Positions 29,214-38,730 of a DNA stretch of 64,000 nt are shown here, one piece after another. The stretch is from positions 352,001-416,000 of the forward strand of contig CAVWVI010000001.1 of NCBI GenBank assembly GCA_963758495.1. Reading direction: 5' to 3'. The notes beneath the pieces are model-generated. The model was not told the origin of the DNA. It did not search any database and worked only from the letters and a program-made list of their open reading frames with translations. Origin of the DNA: Oligoflexia bacterium. Its GTDB lineage: Bacteria > Bdellovibrionota > UBA1018. The translations under genes were made by a program, and so were the position numbers. The first letter of the stretch is position 1. The number at the start of each line of letters is the position of its first letter.

Positions 29214-30956
29214 ATGCTGATTTTCATTCTGGCTTTCCTTGGCGGAGTACTCACTCTCTTAAGTCCCTGTGTGCTTCCTGTAGTGCCGTTCATCTTTTCT
29301 AGATCGGATCAACCCTTTCGTAAATCGGGATTGCCCATGCTCATTGGAATGATGCTAAGTTTCGCTTCATTTGCGGCGCTTTCAGTCACAGGTGCACGCT
29401 GGGTAGTTCAAGCAAATCAGATTGGAAGAGTGCTCGCGTTGATTGTTTTCGCGGTACTTGGCCTGAGTTTATTATTTTCTCGAGTTGCTGATCGACTGGC
29501 TCTCCCTTTCGTACGATTGGGAGATGCACTTCAAAAGAGAGCAGAACGTCGAATCGGATTAGGTTCATCCTTATTATTGGGTGCGTCGATCGGACTTCTT
29601 TGGGCGCCTTGCGCCGGACCTATTCTAGGATTAGTTCTAGCGGGAGCTGCATTAGGTCACTCCAGTCAAAGAACCTTTGGACTTCTCCTGGCTTTCGCAA
29701 TGGGAGCAGCAACATCGCTGGGTGTCGCGATTTTCGCGGGTGGAAAAGTTCTTCGGACTTTAAAAAAAGGATTCGTCGCAGAAGAATGGATTAAGCGCGC
29801 TCTTGGCATCACGGTACTAGGTGCCGTGATTGCAATCGCACTGGGCCTCGACACCAAAATTCTGGCAAAGCTATCTTACTTCAATACTAACGATCTAGAG
29901 CAGCACCTCGTAGACCAGGCTTCAGGAAACAAATCCAATTCGAGGAGTTCAACTGCTCTGTCAACACCTCTGTCAGATGAAGGTCCACTTCCCTCACTTG
30001 AAGGAGCAACCCTTTGGCTGAACTCTCCACCCCTGTCTGTCGAATCCCTTCGCGGAAAAGTCGTAGTCATTGATTTTTGGACCTACTCTTGTATCAACTG
30101 TCTGCGAACGCTGCCGTACCTCAAAGAATGGGAAGCAAAATATCATGATCAAGGACTCGTTATTGTGGGAGTTCATACACCTGAGTTTGCCTTTGAGAAA
30201 GACTTGGATCATGTGAAAAACGCGGTCCGAGAACTAGGGATCACCTACCCTATCGCTATCGATAGCAATCAAACCATTTGGGCCACTTTTAAAAATCAAT
30301 ACTGGCCTGCCCACTACTTCGTCGATGCACAAGGGAGGATTCGCTACCATCACTTCGGTGAGGGAAATTACGAAGAATCAGAACGGGTGATTCAGGAGCT
30401 CCTCAGAGAGAGTCATGGAGAAAGTCAGGCTCCAAAGGCGAATCACTCCTCTAACGTGCCGACGATGATTCAGGGAACAGGAGTAGAAGCTCCCGCGAGT
30501 AAGGGCGAAATTGCATCGCCTGAAACGTATCTCGGATACAACCGCCAAGAAGGCTTTGTGGGGACTCCTGAGATCAACAGAGACAGAAGCGAAAATTATC
30601 AAGAGCCCACCGAACTCAGCTTAAATCAATGGGGCATTTCAGGGAGCTGGAACATCTCTTCTGAAATGGCCACGCTGAAATCTCCCCAAGGGACCCTCTC
30701 GTTTCGATTTCGAGCGCGTGATCTCCATCTTGTCATCGGCGCGCCTGCAGGAAAATCCGTTCGCTACCGCGTGACTCTGGACGGAAGACCCCCTGCTCAG
30801 GATCACGGAGAAGACACCGACTCAGAAGGAAACGGAATGGCTCGAGCACACCGGCTTTATCAATTGATTCGACAGAAGGAGAGCGACAAGGAGCATACGT
30901 TTCGAATTGAGTTTTTCGATCCGGGAGTAGAAGTTTTTGCGTTTACATTTGGTTAA
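29214..30956 (+). CDS. dipZ: DipZ (CcdA-like TM domain + thioredoxin + C-terminal domain)
   Basis: LSPCVLP, WAPCAGPIL, DFWTYSCINC, ends AFTFG; ATG at 29214 after AGGAG. Confidence 0.9.
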   Translation: MLIFILAFLGGVLTLLSPCVLPVVPFIFSRSDQPFRKSGLPMLIGMMLSFASFAALSVTGARWVVQANQIGRVLALIVFAVLGLSLLFSRVADRLALPFVRLGDALQKRAERRIGLGSSLLLGASIGLLWAPCAGPILGLVLAGAALGHSSQRTFGLLLAFAMGAATSLGVAIFAGGKVLRTLKKGFVAEEWIKRALGITVLGAVIAIALGLDTKILAKLSYFNTNDLEQHLVDQASGNKSNSRSSTALSTPLSDEGPLPSLEGATLWLNSPPLSVESLRGKVVVIDFWTYSCINCLRTLPYLKEWEAKYHDQGLVIVGVHTPEFAFEKDLDHVKNAVRELGITYPIAIDSNQTIWATFKNQYWPAHYFVDAQGRIRYHHFGEGNYEESERVIQELLRESHGESQAPKANHSSNVPTMIQGTGVEAPASKGEIASPETYLGYNRQEGFVGTPEINRDRSENYQEPTELSLNQWGISGSWNISSEMATLKSPQGTLSFRFRARDLHLVIGAPAGKSVRYRVTLDGRPPAQDHGEDTDSEGNGMARAHRLYQLIRQKESDKEHTFRIEFFDPGVEVFAFTFG

Positions 30957-30995
30957 AATCTAAATGTCTTACTATGCAGCCAATTAGAGAACATC

Positions 30996-31057
30996 TTGAG
31001 CTGCCGATTGCATGAAATACGTAGACTACCATCACAGTAGGTGGCTTCTTTATTTCA
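30996..31057 (+). repeat. 62-bp direct repeat, copy 1
   Basis: 57/62 identical to 43962..44023; internal TGAAATA...TATTTCA inverted ends. Confidence 0.95.
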
Positions 31058-31095
31058 CCTTTTAGGATGGCCCATGGTTTCAACATGCTTGTCTT

Positions 31096-31959
31096 TTACA
31101 TCCACTGATAGGAATAAGTTTCCTGCTTGGGCCAACCTTCAGCCGTTGCTAAGTCCTCACAGAGGGGTCTAATCATATCTTTAATGTGGCGGGGATAAAA
31201 GTCGGTCCTATCCAATCCAGAATGACTAGCCATGATGCTCCAAGGAAATATTTCCTGAGAAACAAAAGGTCTATCGGGGCAGTTTTTGTCAAGGTACTCA
31301 TCTGGTCCTCCTAAAATATGCCCTATTTCATGAGAAATGACTTCGCAGTACCCAGGATCAATTTTACCATCTACTTTTGCGCCATTAGTCACGTACCAAA
31401 CATGAGAAGAGAAGGGGTAAAGATCTGTAGGACTACCATCATTCAGAATAATAGCTTCATCAAAATCGTCTAACCACATGGTACTCAGGTATCTTCGCAA
31501 CGTAAGATCGAGATGAATCCCTGATCTTTCAAAATATTCTTTTACTGTCGGAATACACTCAGAAACTACGCCGATCATTTCAGCTTCTCGTTGTACAGAA
31601 CTGTTACCTGCCGCAACACCTAAATGCAGTCGGATATTTGCAAGGCCATCGGAAGCGGGACTCACACGATAGTGGACATCTCCTCCTTGTGGTCTACCGC
31701 CAATCTTGCAAACCGAAAGTGACTCATAATCAACCTTAACCACTCCAGAGCGATTCCCACTAGATACACACCTTCGAACTAAATCTTGATTAGCTGCTCT
31801 ATGTGCTTGAATTTTAGCAATTTCATCAGGAGTGAGGGGCCTTATCCAATCTAGGACAGGGGGCGTATAGGGAGGAATCGTTCTGGATCCTCCACAGAAA
31901 CACAAAAGAAAAGACAAAGAGACTAAAATGAATGTTCTTTTTAAATGGGTGAGCCTCAT
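31096..31959 (-). CDS. Exported zinc metalloprotease (HExxHxxGxxD), possibly a lipoprotein
   Basis: HEIGHILGGPDEY, Met-turn SIM, signal ending in FCGG; ATG overlaps the upstream TGA (ATGA). Confidence 0.8.
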   Translation of the reverse strand: MRLTHLKRTFILVSLSFLLCFCGGSRTIPPYTPPVLDWIRPLTPDEIAKIQAHRAANQDLVRRCVSSGNRSGVVKVDYESLSVCKIGGRPQGGDVHYRVSPASDGLANIRLHLGVAAGNSSVQREAEMIGVVSECIPTVKEYFERSGIHLDLTLRRYLSTMWLDDFDEAIILNDGSPTDLYPFSSHVWYVTNGAKVDGKIDPGYCEVISHEIGHILGGPDEYLDKNCPDRPFVSQEIFPWSIMASHSGLDRTDFYPRHIKDMIRPLCEDLATAEGWPKQETYSYQWM

Positions 31960-34079
31960 AGCGGACTCCATACTTTGTTAGTAGGGTCGCAACATCTATT
32001 TTCTGTCTTGCTTTTTTTGCCTTCAATCTTGCATTCATCCGTCTGGAAGGTTTCAACACGCTTGTCTTTGAAATAAAGACGTCCAACAATATAAAAATTC
32101 CAATTATTATTTCCAGCTGGATACATATGAAGTAAGAGCTGGCACTGATTGCCTGAGATAATGTCGTTCATTACACGGTTCAAATCAATTTCTGCAAAAT
32201 TAGTCGTCCAGTCTTCCCATTTTTTTCCGTGATCCTCATGAAGTCTCCACTGCCCAAGGTGGTTTCTATCTGACTTTCTTACGATTTCGATATCCAGCAT
32301 CGAATCATGGTCAAGCTCTTGGTTGGTTGTGTGAAACTCTAACTGAACTTTGACTAGATTTTTGTCGTCAATCAACTCCTCTCGCGTTTTTTCTCTAGGG
32401 AGTTTTCCCTGTGGCCACCCAAGATGAAGAGCAGTACAGTCTTTTGGGTTATCGAAGCAAGCTTGTGCTTTTTCATCGATTTGTCTGATGATGGCATCGG
32501 TCTGACGTTTGTATTCGGAGATTTCAGACTTAGCCACTTTACCCAGCTCAAATTTGTAAGCGCTTATATTTTCCATAATCGATTCACACATCTGTGATTT
32601 AGCCCAAGCCCGATCACTCGCTTCAGCAAGCTGGAATAATGCTCGTCTTTGTTTTTCTAAAGTAGGCGTGAGAATCGGCATATCAGCCACAACGCTATAA
32701 GGGAGTGCGGTCAGTGAAATCAATGAAGGAGATTGATTACTTTGAACATGAATTGCAAGTGCATTTGCATAGGAGAGATTTGCACCCAAATCTTCATGAT
32801 CAGGAAGAACGCCAAGTCCACCCTTCTTAAAAGTTTGTGACTGAACTCTGGATTTAGATTTAATCTCATCCAAAGTTGATTTGATAGCGGCGCTGGCACT
32901 CCAAGTCAGTCCTGTTGCTGTGAGTTTTGAGTTGAAATCTGATTTTTGTGAAGATGAGCTGGTCTCGATTTTCAGAACATGCCAGAACTCGCCCCCGGTC
33001 GTTCGACCTGCAATGAACGAATCACCGCAGCGTCTATAAAATTCCATGGGACTTTGCGCTAATAAATCCTTGCCTGTTTGGGTGAGTCGATATTGATTCA
33101 TCAACTCACTTTCGTTCGTAATTCTCGCGTAAATCACAACATAGAGGCTATTCGAGTACTTTTTGGATTCGTTAAAGTAATGAGTGGTCGTGTCTACCCC
33201 TACACCGAAAAAACCAAAAGAAGCTTGTGCGTCGATCCCCAGTGATGATCTCAGTTCTGAAGAATCCTTGGCAATGGATATCTTTCGATACAAAACCTGC
33301 CCGTGAGGCAATCTGACTCCGCCTTCTGCGAATGGATCGTTTTGTCCTATTGAATGAAGATTCGCTACTTCAACACACTCAGAACCTGCAGCTCCGCTTA
33401 CGGAGTTGTAGCCTCTACCTAGAGTGTGGGGAGAACCTTCTTCTATGGGTAATAGGATTCTACCTCCCACCATGGATTGTCCTCGGTGCTCTGATTCTCC
33501 TTTCTGCGAATGCTTCTCTACAATTCGCAATTCCCAAACTTGATTAGGATGGGTTTCAGGACCATAGCAAGTCCATTGTTGAACTCGAGTCCCATTCGAA
33601 GCGATGGATGAGATGTCAGCATCCAAGCATTTTCCAGAATGCAGTGCCTTGATGTGAAATCCTCCCCCTTTCGCTGGAAGTAAATTCCAAAGTTGATTGA
33701 ATTGTTTATCGCCTCGCGCTTCCAAAATATGAGCTACTGATCCATTGTCTTGGGATTTGCGCGCAATATCTAGGGCTTTACCACTACCTTTAGTTATAAT
33801 TTGAAAGGAGCCATTTGGACGGACTACTAACTTCCAAAGCTGATGAGCTGATCCATTTCCATGGATGCAATCCCAAAGATGAACCTTTCCACCATTGATC
33901 TGCGTTTCTGAACGCTCTACATCTAAGCATCGCCCAGGGGCACTTTTGGATGCAATCTGATATTCCAATACCTCGTTTTGGGTTGCATGAGCAGAATTAT
34001 GCATCGATAAAAAAACCAATAAACTAAAAAAAGAGTGAATCATGACAATAGGAATTGATCTAAATAAATCTTTCACCAC
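31956..34079 (-). CDS. Secreted ricin-B lectin + MACPF-like domain protein (putative pore-forming toxin)
   Basis: Signal peptide; QxW repeats (HQLW, NQLW, QQW, NQVW); LGRGYN; CGDSF-X6-GG resembles the MACPF signature. Confidence 0.65.
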   Translation of the reverse strand: MVKDLFRSIPIVMIHSFFSLLVFLSMHNSAHATQNEVLEYQIASKSAPGRCLDVERSETQINGGKVHLWDCIHGNGSAHQLWKLVVRPNGSFQIITKGSGKALDIARKSQDNGSVAHILEARGDKQFNQLWNLLPAKGGGFHIKALHSGKCLDADISSIASNGTRVQQWTCYGPETHPNQVWELRIVEKHSQKGESEHRGQSMVGGRILLPIEEGSPHTLGRGYNSVSGAAGSECVEVANLHSIGQNDPFAEGGVRLPHGQVLYRKISIAKDSSELRSSLGIDAQASFGFFGVGVDTTTHYFNESKKYSNSLYVVIYARITNESELMNQYRLTQTGKDLLAQSPMEFYRRCGDSFIAGRTTGGEFWHVLKIETSSSSQKSDFNSKLTATGLTWSASAAIKSTLDEIKSKSRVQSQTFKKGGLGVLPDHEDLGANLSYANALAIHVQSNQSPSLISLTALPYSVVADMPILTPTLEKQRRALFQLAEASDRAWAKSQMCESIMENISAYKFELGKVAKSEISEYKRQTDAIIRQIDEKAQACFDNPKDCTALHLGWPQGKLPREKTREELIDDKNLVKVQLEFHTTNQELDHDSMLDIEIVRKSDRNHLGQWRLHEDHGKKWEDWTTNFAEIDLNRVMNDIISGNQCQLLLHMYPAGNNNWNFYIVGRLYFKDKRVETFQTDECKIEGKKSKTENRCCDPTNKVWSPL

Positions 34080-34126
34080 AGAAACACCTACTCATTTAAA
34101 TTGAAGTAATTGTTGCATAGTCTGAT

Positions 34127-34176
34127 AATCAGCCACTACAAAGGCGTTTTAGGGTGATTAGCTCATGAAGTAAAGA
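34127..34176 (-). promoter_or_regulatory. Promoter plus leader motif, copy B
   Basis: TTTACT-17bp-TAAAAC then GCCTTTGTAGTGGCTGATT; homologous to 22617..22665. Confidence 0.55.
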
Positions 34177-34277
34177 ATATTACGCCATATAGATTTGAGT
34201 TTGATAAATTCTTATAAACGCTTATTTCAGGCCCATTTCGCAAAAATAGCTGTAATAACGGCACTCCATCGTCTGTT

Positions 34278-35117
34278 TTATTTTTTTGTAGGTTTTTGAT
34301 ACATATTTATGATTTTTTCCTTCACTGTCTTTTTTAAAAATTCTTGCGTGAAATAACCATCAGAGATGGGTTCATCATAAACAATGTTAGAATAAAGGAT
34401 CTCTGTTTTATGACCCTCCTTTTTGGGGAGAGTCATGGTGAGCCAGGTTGGAACTGTGTGTAAGCCAAAACTTTGAATTCTAGCTCCCTCCATTACTTTT
34501 TGAAGCACCTGGTTTTCATTGTAAAATTCCTGTTTTAACGGAACCGAATCGGGATCTCTCACGGTGAGAATCACTTTACCCCAAACCACGACAGAATCTG
34601 ATTTAGGGATGCACTCAATTTGAATGGCACGAAAACCTCGCCAATTTATCTTTCCAAGAAGGCGATGATGATAGTCTCGATAGAGACTACTCGTTCTCAC
34701 CAGGTCATCGTTCGTGAAGTCAGATCCCATCCAATTTTGAAGCATCATACTCGTTGGAATTTTTATAGTTTTCTCTAAGTTAGGGAGGTATTGCCACAGC
34801 TCATAGCCAATACGGAGATTTCCAGTATTGTGGTCTTTTGCCGGACGAAGGATCTTCAAGGTTGCTTTCTGATCGCCCTGGCTCCATAGACGAAACATGA
34901 GCTCGCGAACTTCGGAGTCGCGAGTCACCCTCATGGTAACAGTCCCTTGAAAGGTTTCTCCTTTCATGTGGAACTCTGCTTTTTTTACCCAATCTGAGGC
35001 GCTTATTTTCTCGCCTGAAAATGCGGACTGAGCGAAGACTATTGCTAGGATCCAAAATAAACAATTTGTGAATCTCGTATTTATGAATCTCAATCTCATG
35101 AGGATGAGATAGCACAA
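34278..35117 (-). CDS. Outer-membrane lipoprotein-sorting (LolA-like) protein
   Basis: LWQYLP...KIP.SMMLQNWMGSDFTNDDL motif; signal peptide. Confidence 0.88.
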   Translation of the reverse strand: MCYLILMRLRFINTRFTNCLFWILAIVFAQSAFSGEKISASDWVKKAEFHMKGETFQGTVTMRVTRDSEVRELMFRLWSQGDQKATLKILRPAKDHNTGNLRIGYELWQYLPNLEKTIKIPTSMMLQNWMGSDFTNDDLVRTSSLYRDYHHRLLGKINWRGFRAIQIECIPKSDSVVVWGKVILTVRDPDSVPLKQEFYNENQVLQKVMEGARIQSFGLHTVPTWLTMTLPKKEGHKTEILYSNIVYDEPISDGYFTQEFLKKTVKEKIINMYQKPTKK

Positions 35118-35131
35118 CGCGATTCTGAGTT

Positions 35132-36376
35132 CTAATACGAAGCCCTCATTCCCACTAAAATCTGAGGTCCAAGGCCAGCAGAGATCTGAGGGCCTATCGA
35201 AAATGTCTTTCCTGAAAACTCAGTCCATTCTCCTCCCCAAGGAACGATTCCTTGGAGATTCACATCAAAATGATCACTCATGGAGCGGGTGATTCCTATC
35301 AAGATGAGTCTGCTTTTATCGATTACGTTGACGAATCCTCCGGCATCGATCTTCCACAAAGAATATGGAATCCAACCTAGACTCAGAAAGCCATAAAGTT
35401 GGGCCCGATAAGGGCTGAATTGGGAAGGCAGGTTCAGAGGATAGATCCCATTAGGCCCCGGCTGATCCGAGTTCACTCCGAACGACTGGTAGTAAGCTTC
35501 AACGAGAAGGGTCCATCGATCATTGATGGCACGTTCCGCCCCAAGACCTAATTGAGTTTCCGCACTGGAGGATGCTAGGAAATGAGTCACTTGCTCGAGT
35601 CGAAGGGCCCAGCCGTAGAAGTCCAAAGTGCCGGCCACTCCTAGTGAAGTCGAATTCCACCACCGCCCCAACAATAAGTGGATCTCGCTTTTCTTTGGAA
35701 AGAGGGTCATTTTTAGAAGATGAGCATCCGAATTGCGATTCTGTCCGAAGACACTATTCCAATGCAAAGCTGCCCTCAGTCCAAAGATTTCTAAGGTGTG
35801 AGACAAAGACACTAAATCACTTCCAAAAACTTGAGAGAAAACCCAGGTTGCCTGTCCCGGAACAAAATTAAATTGATTCCAAACACGAAAAAACGAAAGG
35901 TACCCTAAACTGAGTGGACGCCTTCCTACATAGATTTCGCTGGTTTCATTTTCCCATTTCACACCGAGTCTTTCAAAATCGGAGACCACCTGAGTATTCG
36001 AATTGTCGATCAGAGTAGAGGAAAGATTAAATAATCTAGGTGGAATCATAATCTGAAATCGCAATGGGTCGGCCACCGACAACCCTCGTGATTCTCCCGT
36101 TGTAAGCCAGAAACGATTGAGCACCTGAATTTGAAAAGATCCGAATTCCTGACGTAATTGCGAGTCTACCAATAACCATTGATCGGAAAGATGTGTTTCT
36201 GGATTGATCTCAGACTGACTCAAGGACTGTAAATACTCGCGGGCTTCCAAATCTAAATTGAAAGACGGTTCAGCCCATTCTATAGCACTTGCATTTAAGC
36301 TGACAAGGAAAGAGAAAAACAATGTCAAAAAAAAGCCCAGAAACACCGAAGTGATTTCAATCAAACTTTTCGACAT
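35132..36376 (-). CDS. Putative outer-membrane beta-barrel protein
   Basis: Signal peptide, alternating beta-strand pattern, VGR.P...G motif, terminal aromatic residue; upstream of the LolA-like gene. Confidence 0.6.
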   Translation of the reverse strand: MSKSLIEITSVFLGFFLTLFFSFLVSLNASAIEWAEPSFNLDLEAREYLQSLSQSEINPETHLSDQWLLVDSQLRQEFGSFQIQVLNRFWLTTGESRGLSVADPLRFQIMIPPRLFNLSSTLIDNSNTQVVSDFERLGVKWENETSEIYVGRRPLSLGYLSFFRVWNQFNFVPGQATWVFSQVFGSDLVSLSHTLEIFGLRAALHWNSVFGQNRNSDAHLLKMTLFPKKSEIHLLLGRWWNSTSLGVAGTLDFYGWALRLEQVTHFLASSSAETQLGLGAERAINDRWTLLVEAYYQSFGVNSDQPGPNGIYPLNLPSQFSPYRAQLYGFLSLGWIPYSLWKIDAGGFVNVIDKSRLILIGITRSMSDHFDVNLQGIVPWGGEWTEFSGKTFSIGPQISAGLGPQILVGMRASY

Positions 36377-36420
36377 TTAGCAAACTAATCTTTTTATGAC
36401 TCATTTGACAAAGGCCTTAT

Positions 36421-36449
36421 TTGACAAAGAGATGAAAAGAAACTATGAA
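36421..36449 (+). promoter_or_regulatory. Sigma-70-like promoter of the fabH-like operon
   Basis: TTGACA-17bp-TATGAA, followed by AAGGA and ATG at 36474. Confidence 0.55.
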
Positions 36450-36473
36450 CCCCCCCGGGAAAGGAACTCATTT

Positions 36474-37529
36474 ATGCTTAAAAGAAATGTGAAATTAGTT
36501 GCCTCCGGAATTTACCTTCCCAAAAGAAGAGTCTCTTCTCAAGAAATCGACGAAAAAATTGGAAAACCTGTTGGCACGGTGGAAAACGCCTCTGGGGTGA
36601 GATTTCGTTACTTTGCGGACCCGATTGCCGAATGCAGCGGCTGGATGGGGGCTCGTGCGGCAGAGCAAGCTCTTGAAAAAGCTAAAATGAATTTCAAGGA
36701 TTTGGACGCAGTGATTTGTGCAAGCGGAACGCCTCAACAGATTCTGCCTTCGACAGCCTCCTTCATCTTAAAGGAGATGAACGAATTAAACGCTGGAATT
36801 CCAGCATTTGATGTGAGCTCAACTTGTGTGAGCTTTATAACAGGTCTGGATGTTGCTTCTAGCCTCATTGCAGCAGGGAGATTTAATCGAATCCTCATCG
36901 TCTCTACGGAAGCCGGAACTGTTGGAATTGACTATACTCACGTCGAGTCCGCTGGACTTTTTGGAGACGGCGCTTGTGCTTGGATTGTGGAAATGGACTC
37001 GGTGGGAACCTCTGAGATTTTGTCATCGGATTTGGCAACTTATCCTTCTGGAGCTGATCTTTGCCGGGTGGAAGGAGGGGGAACCAAATACCATGCTACA
37101 CGATGGCATAAGGATGAGGACCTTCATCGGCATTTATTTAAAATGGATGGCCGAAAGTCCTTCCGAATGGCTACTGAAACAGTGCCCATCCTGATCGACA
37201 AACTCTTGCGTGAAGCCACGCTCGTACAAGGAAGGACACAGCAGTCCTTAAATTTACCTTTAAGTTTACCATTGAGCTTAAAAGACATGAAAATAATTAT
37301 ACCCCACCAAGCTTCAGGTTCTGCCATGGCATTGATCCAGCGCAGATTAAATATTCCGGATGAAAAATGGATGAACATTATTCAAGACCACGGCAATATG
37401 ATTGCCGCATCGATTCCCCTTGCGTTGCACTATGCTGTCGAGGAAAAGCGGCTGGAGCGAGGTGATCTTACACTCTTGGTCGGCACGGCCGCTGGGTTCG
37501 CAGTCGGTGGATTAGTATTGAGGTACTAG
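36474..37529 (+). CDS. 3-oxoacyl-ACP synthase III (FabH/OleA-like) condensing enzyme
   Basis: Cys-His-Asn triad: STCVSF, PHQAS, HGNMIAAS; FGDGA. Confidence 0.9.
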   Translation: MLKRNVKLVASGIYLPKRRVSSQEIDEKIGKPVGTVENASGVRFRYFADPIAECSGWMGARAAEQALEKAKMNFKDLDAVICASGTPQQILPSTASFILKEMNELNAGIPAFDVSSTCVSFITGLDVASSLIAAGRFNRILIVSTEAGTVGIDYTHVESAGLFGDGACAWIVEMDSVGTSEILSSDLATYPSGADLCRVEGGGTKYHATRWHKDEDLHRHLFKMDGRKSFRMATETVPILIDKLLREATLVQGRTQQSLNLPLSLPLSLKDMKIIIPHQASGSAMALIQRRLNIPDEKWMNIIQDHGNMIAASIPLALHYAVEEKRLERGDLTLLVGTAAGFAVGGLVLRY

Positions 37530-37530
37530 C

Positions 37531-38730
37531 ATGAATATTTTACTCACAGGAGGTCGGGCTCCAGCAACTCTAGACTTGTTGAGAAGTTTGAGCCGAAGAG
37601 GACACTCTGTTTTTGTGGCCGAGAGCATGGCCTACTCGCTTTGTGGGTACTCTTCGCTCTGTAAAAGAACCTTCCGAGTTCCTCCTCCACGTCAATCTCC
37701 TCTACCCTACATTCAAGCATTGGGACAGATTATCGAAAGCGAAGGCATTGATCTTTTAATTCCGACTTGCGAAGAAATTTTTTACATTTCTCGACTTAAA
37801 GAGCATCTACCGGCGTGGTGTTTTGTTTGGGTAGACGATTTCAAAAAAATGCAACAAGTGCACAGTAAATTTACATTTCAAGAACTCGTCCGTTCATTAG
37901 GACTTGCATCTCCTCTGACCTTTCGAGTGACCCATCCACTGCAGCTAGATGAGGCGATTGCTCAAGTGGGTCAAAAATCAAACCGCGTAGTTCTGAAGCC
38001 AGAATACTCCCGCTTTGCCGCCAGGGTAGAGATTCTCGATTCAACTGTACGATCCCACGATAGAAGTCTCAAAGAGGTCACTCAGAATCTAAATGACCGA
38101 CAGCCCTGGCTCGTTCAAGAGTTTATCGAAGGCACAGAGTGGTGTACTTATTCTTGGGCTCATCGCGGAGTGCTCTTAGCACATTCTACTTATGATCATG
38201 AGTTTACTGCCGGTAAGGGAGCCGGCATTTGCTTTGAATCTCAAAATGATCCAGTTTACTTGGAGTGGGTGAATCGATTTGTAGAAAAAACTCAGTGGAC
38301 TGGCCAAATCGCTTTTGACTTTGTCAAAACTGCAGATGGAACCCTCTACCCCCTTGAATGTAATCCCAGAGCCACAAGTGGCGTGCATTTCCTAGTTCAG
38401 TGTCCAGAGTATCTTGATCGAATTTGCTTCATTCCACCTCAGCCATTAGCAATACAAACAGTGATTCAACCCCAGCCAGGGGCCAAAGCTAAGTTAGGAA
38501 TTGCGTTGTGGACGTTTGGCTTGAGCCAATTTAGGTCCTTGAAAAAAGTTCGAAGTTGGGCGACCTACATTCTTTATGCTAGAGATGTGATCTTTGATTT
38601 GCGGGATGGGTTACCGTTTTTCGGTCAGCTCTTTACTTTTATAAAAATAAGTCTCACTGGGCTTCGGCAAAAACAGACCGCGCTTGAGGCGTCTACTTCT
38701 GACATTGAATGGAATGGGGGACATATTTAA
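37531..38730 (+). CDS. ATP-grasp domain protein
   Basis: ILLTGGRAP, LLIPTCEE, VLKP.YSRF, QEFIEG, ECNPR.TSG. Confidence 0.88.
   Translation: MNILLTGGRAPATLDLLRSLSRRGHSVFVAESMAYSLCGYSSLCKRTFRVPPPRQSPLPYIQALGQIIESEGIDLLIPTCEEIFYISRLKEHLPAWCFVWVDDFKKMQQVHSKFTFQELVRSLGLASPLTFRVTHPLQLDEAIAQVGQKSNRVVLKPEYSRFAARVEILDSTVRSHDRSLKEVTQNLNDRQPWLVQEFIEGTEWCTYSWAHRGVLLAHSTYDHEFTAGKGAGICFESQNDPVYLEWVNRFVEKTQWTGQIAFDFVKTADGTLYPLECNPRATSGVHFLVQCPEYLDRICFIPPQPLAIQTVIQPQPGAKAKLGIALWTFGLSQFRSLKKVRSWATYILYARDVIFDLRDGLPFFGQLFTFIKISLTGLRQKQTALEASTSDIEWNGGHI

Noticed and set aside
30996..31057. 62-bp repeats as integron attC sites or CRISPR repeats
   Set aside because: No RYYYAAC/GTTRRRY ends, only two copies 13 kb apart, and no integrase or cas genes.
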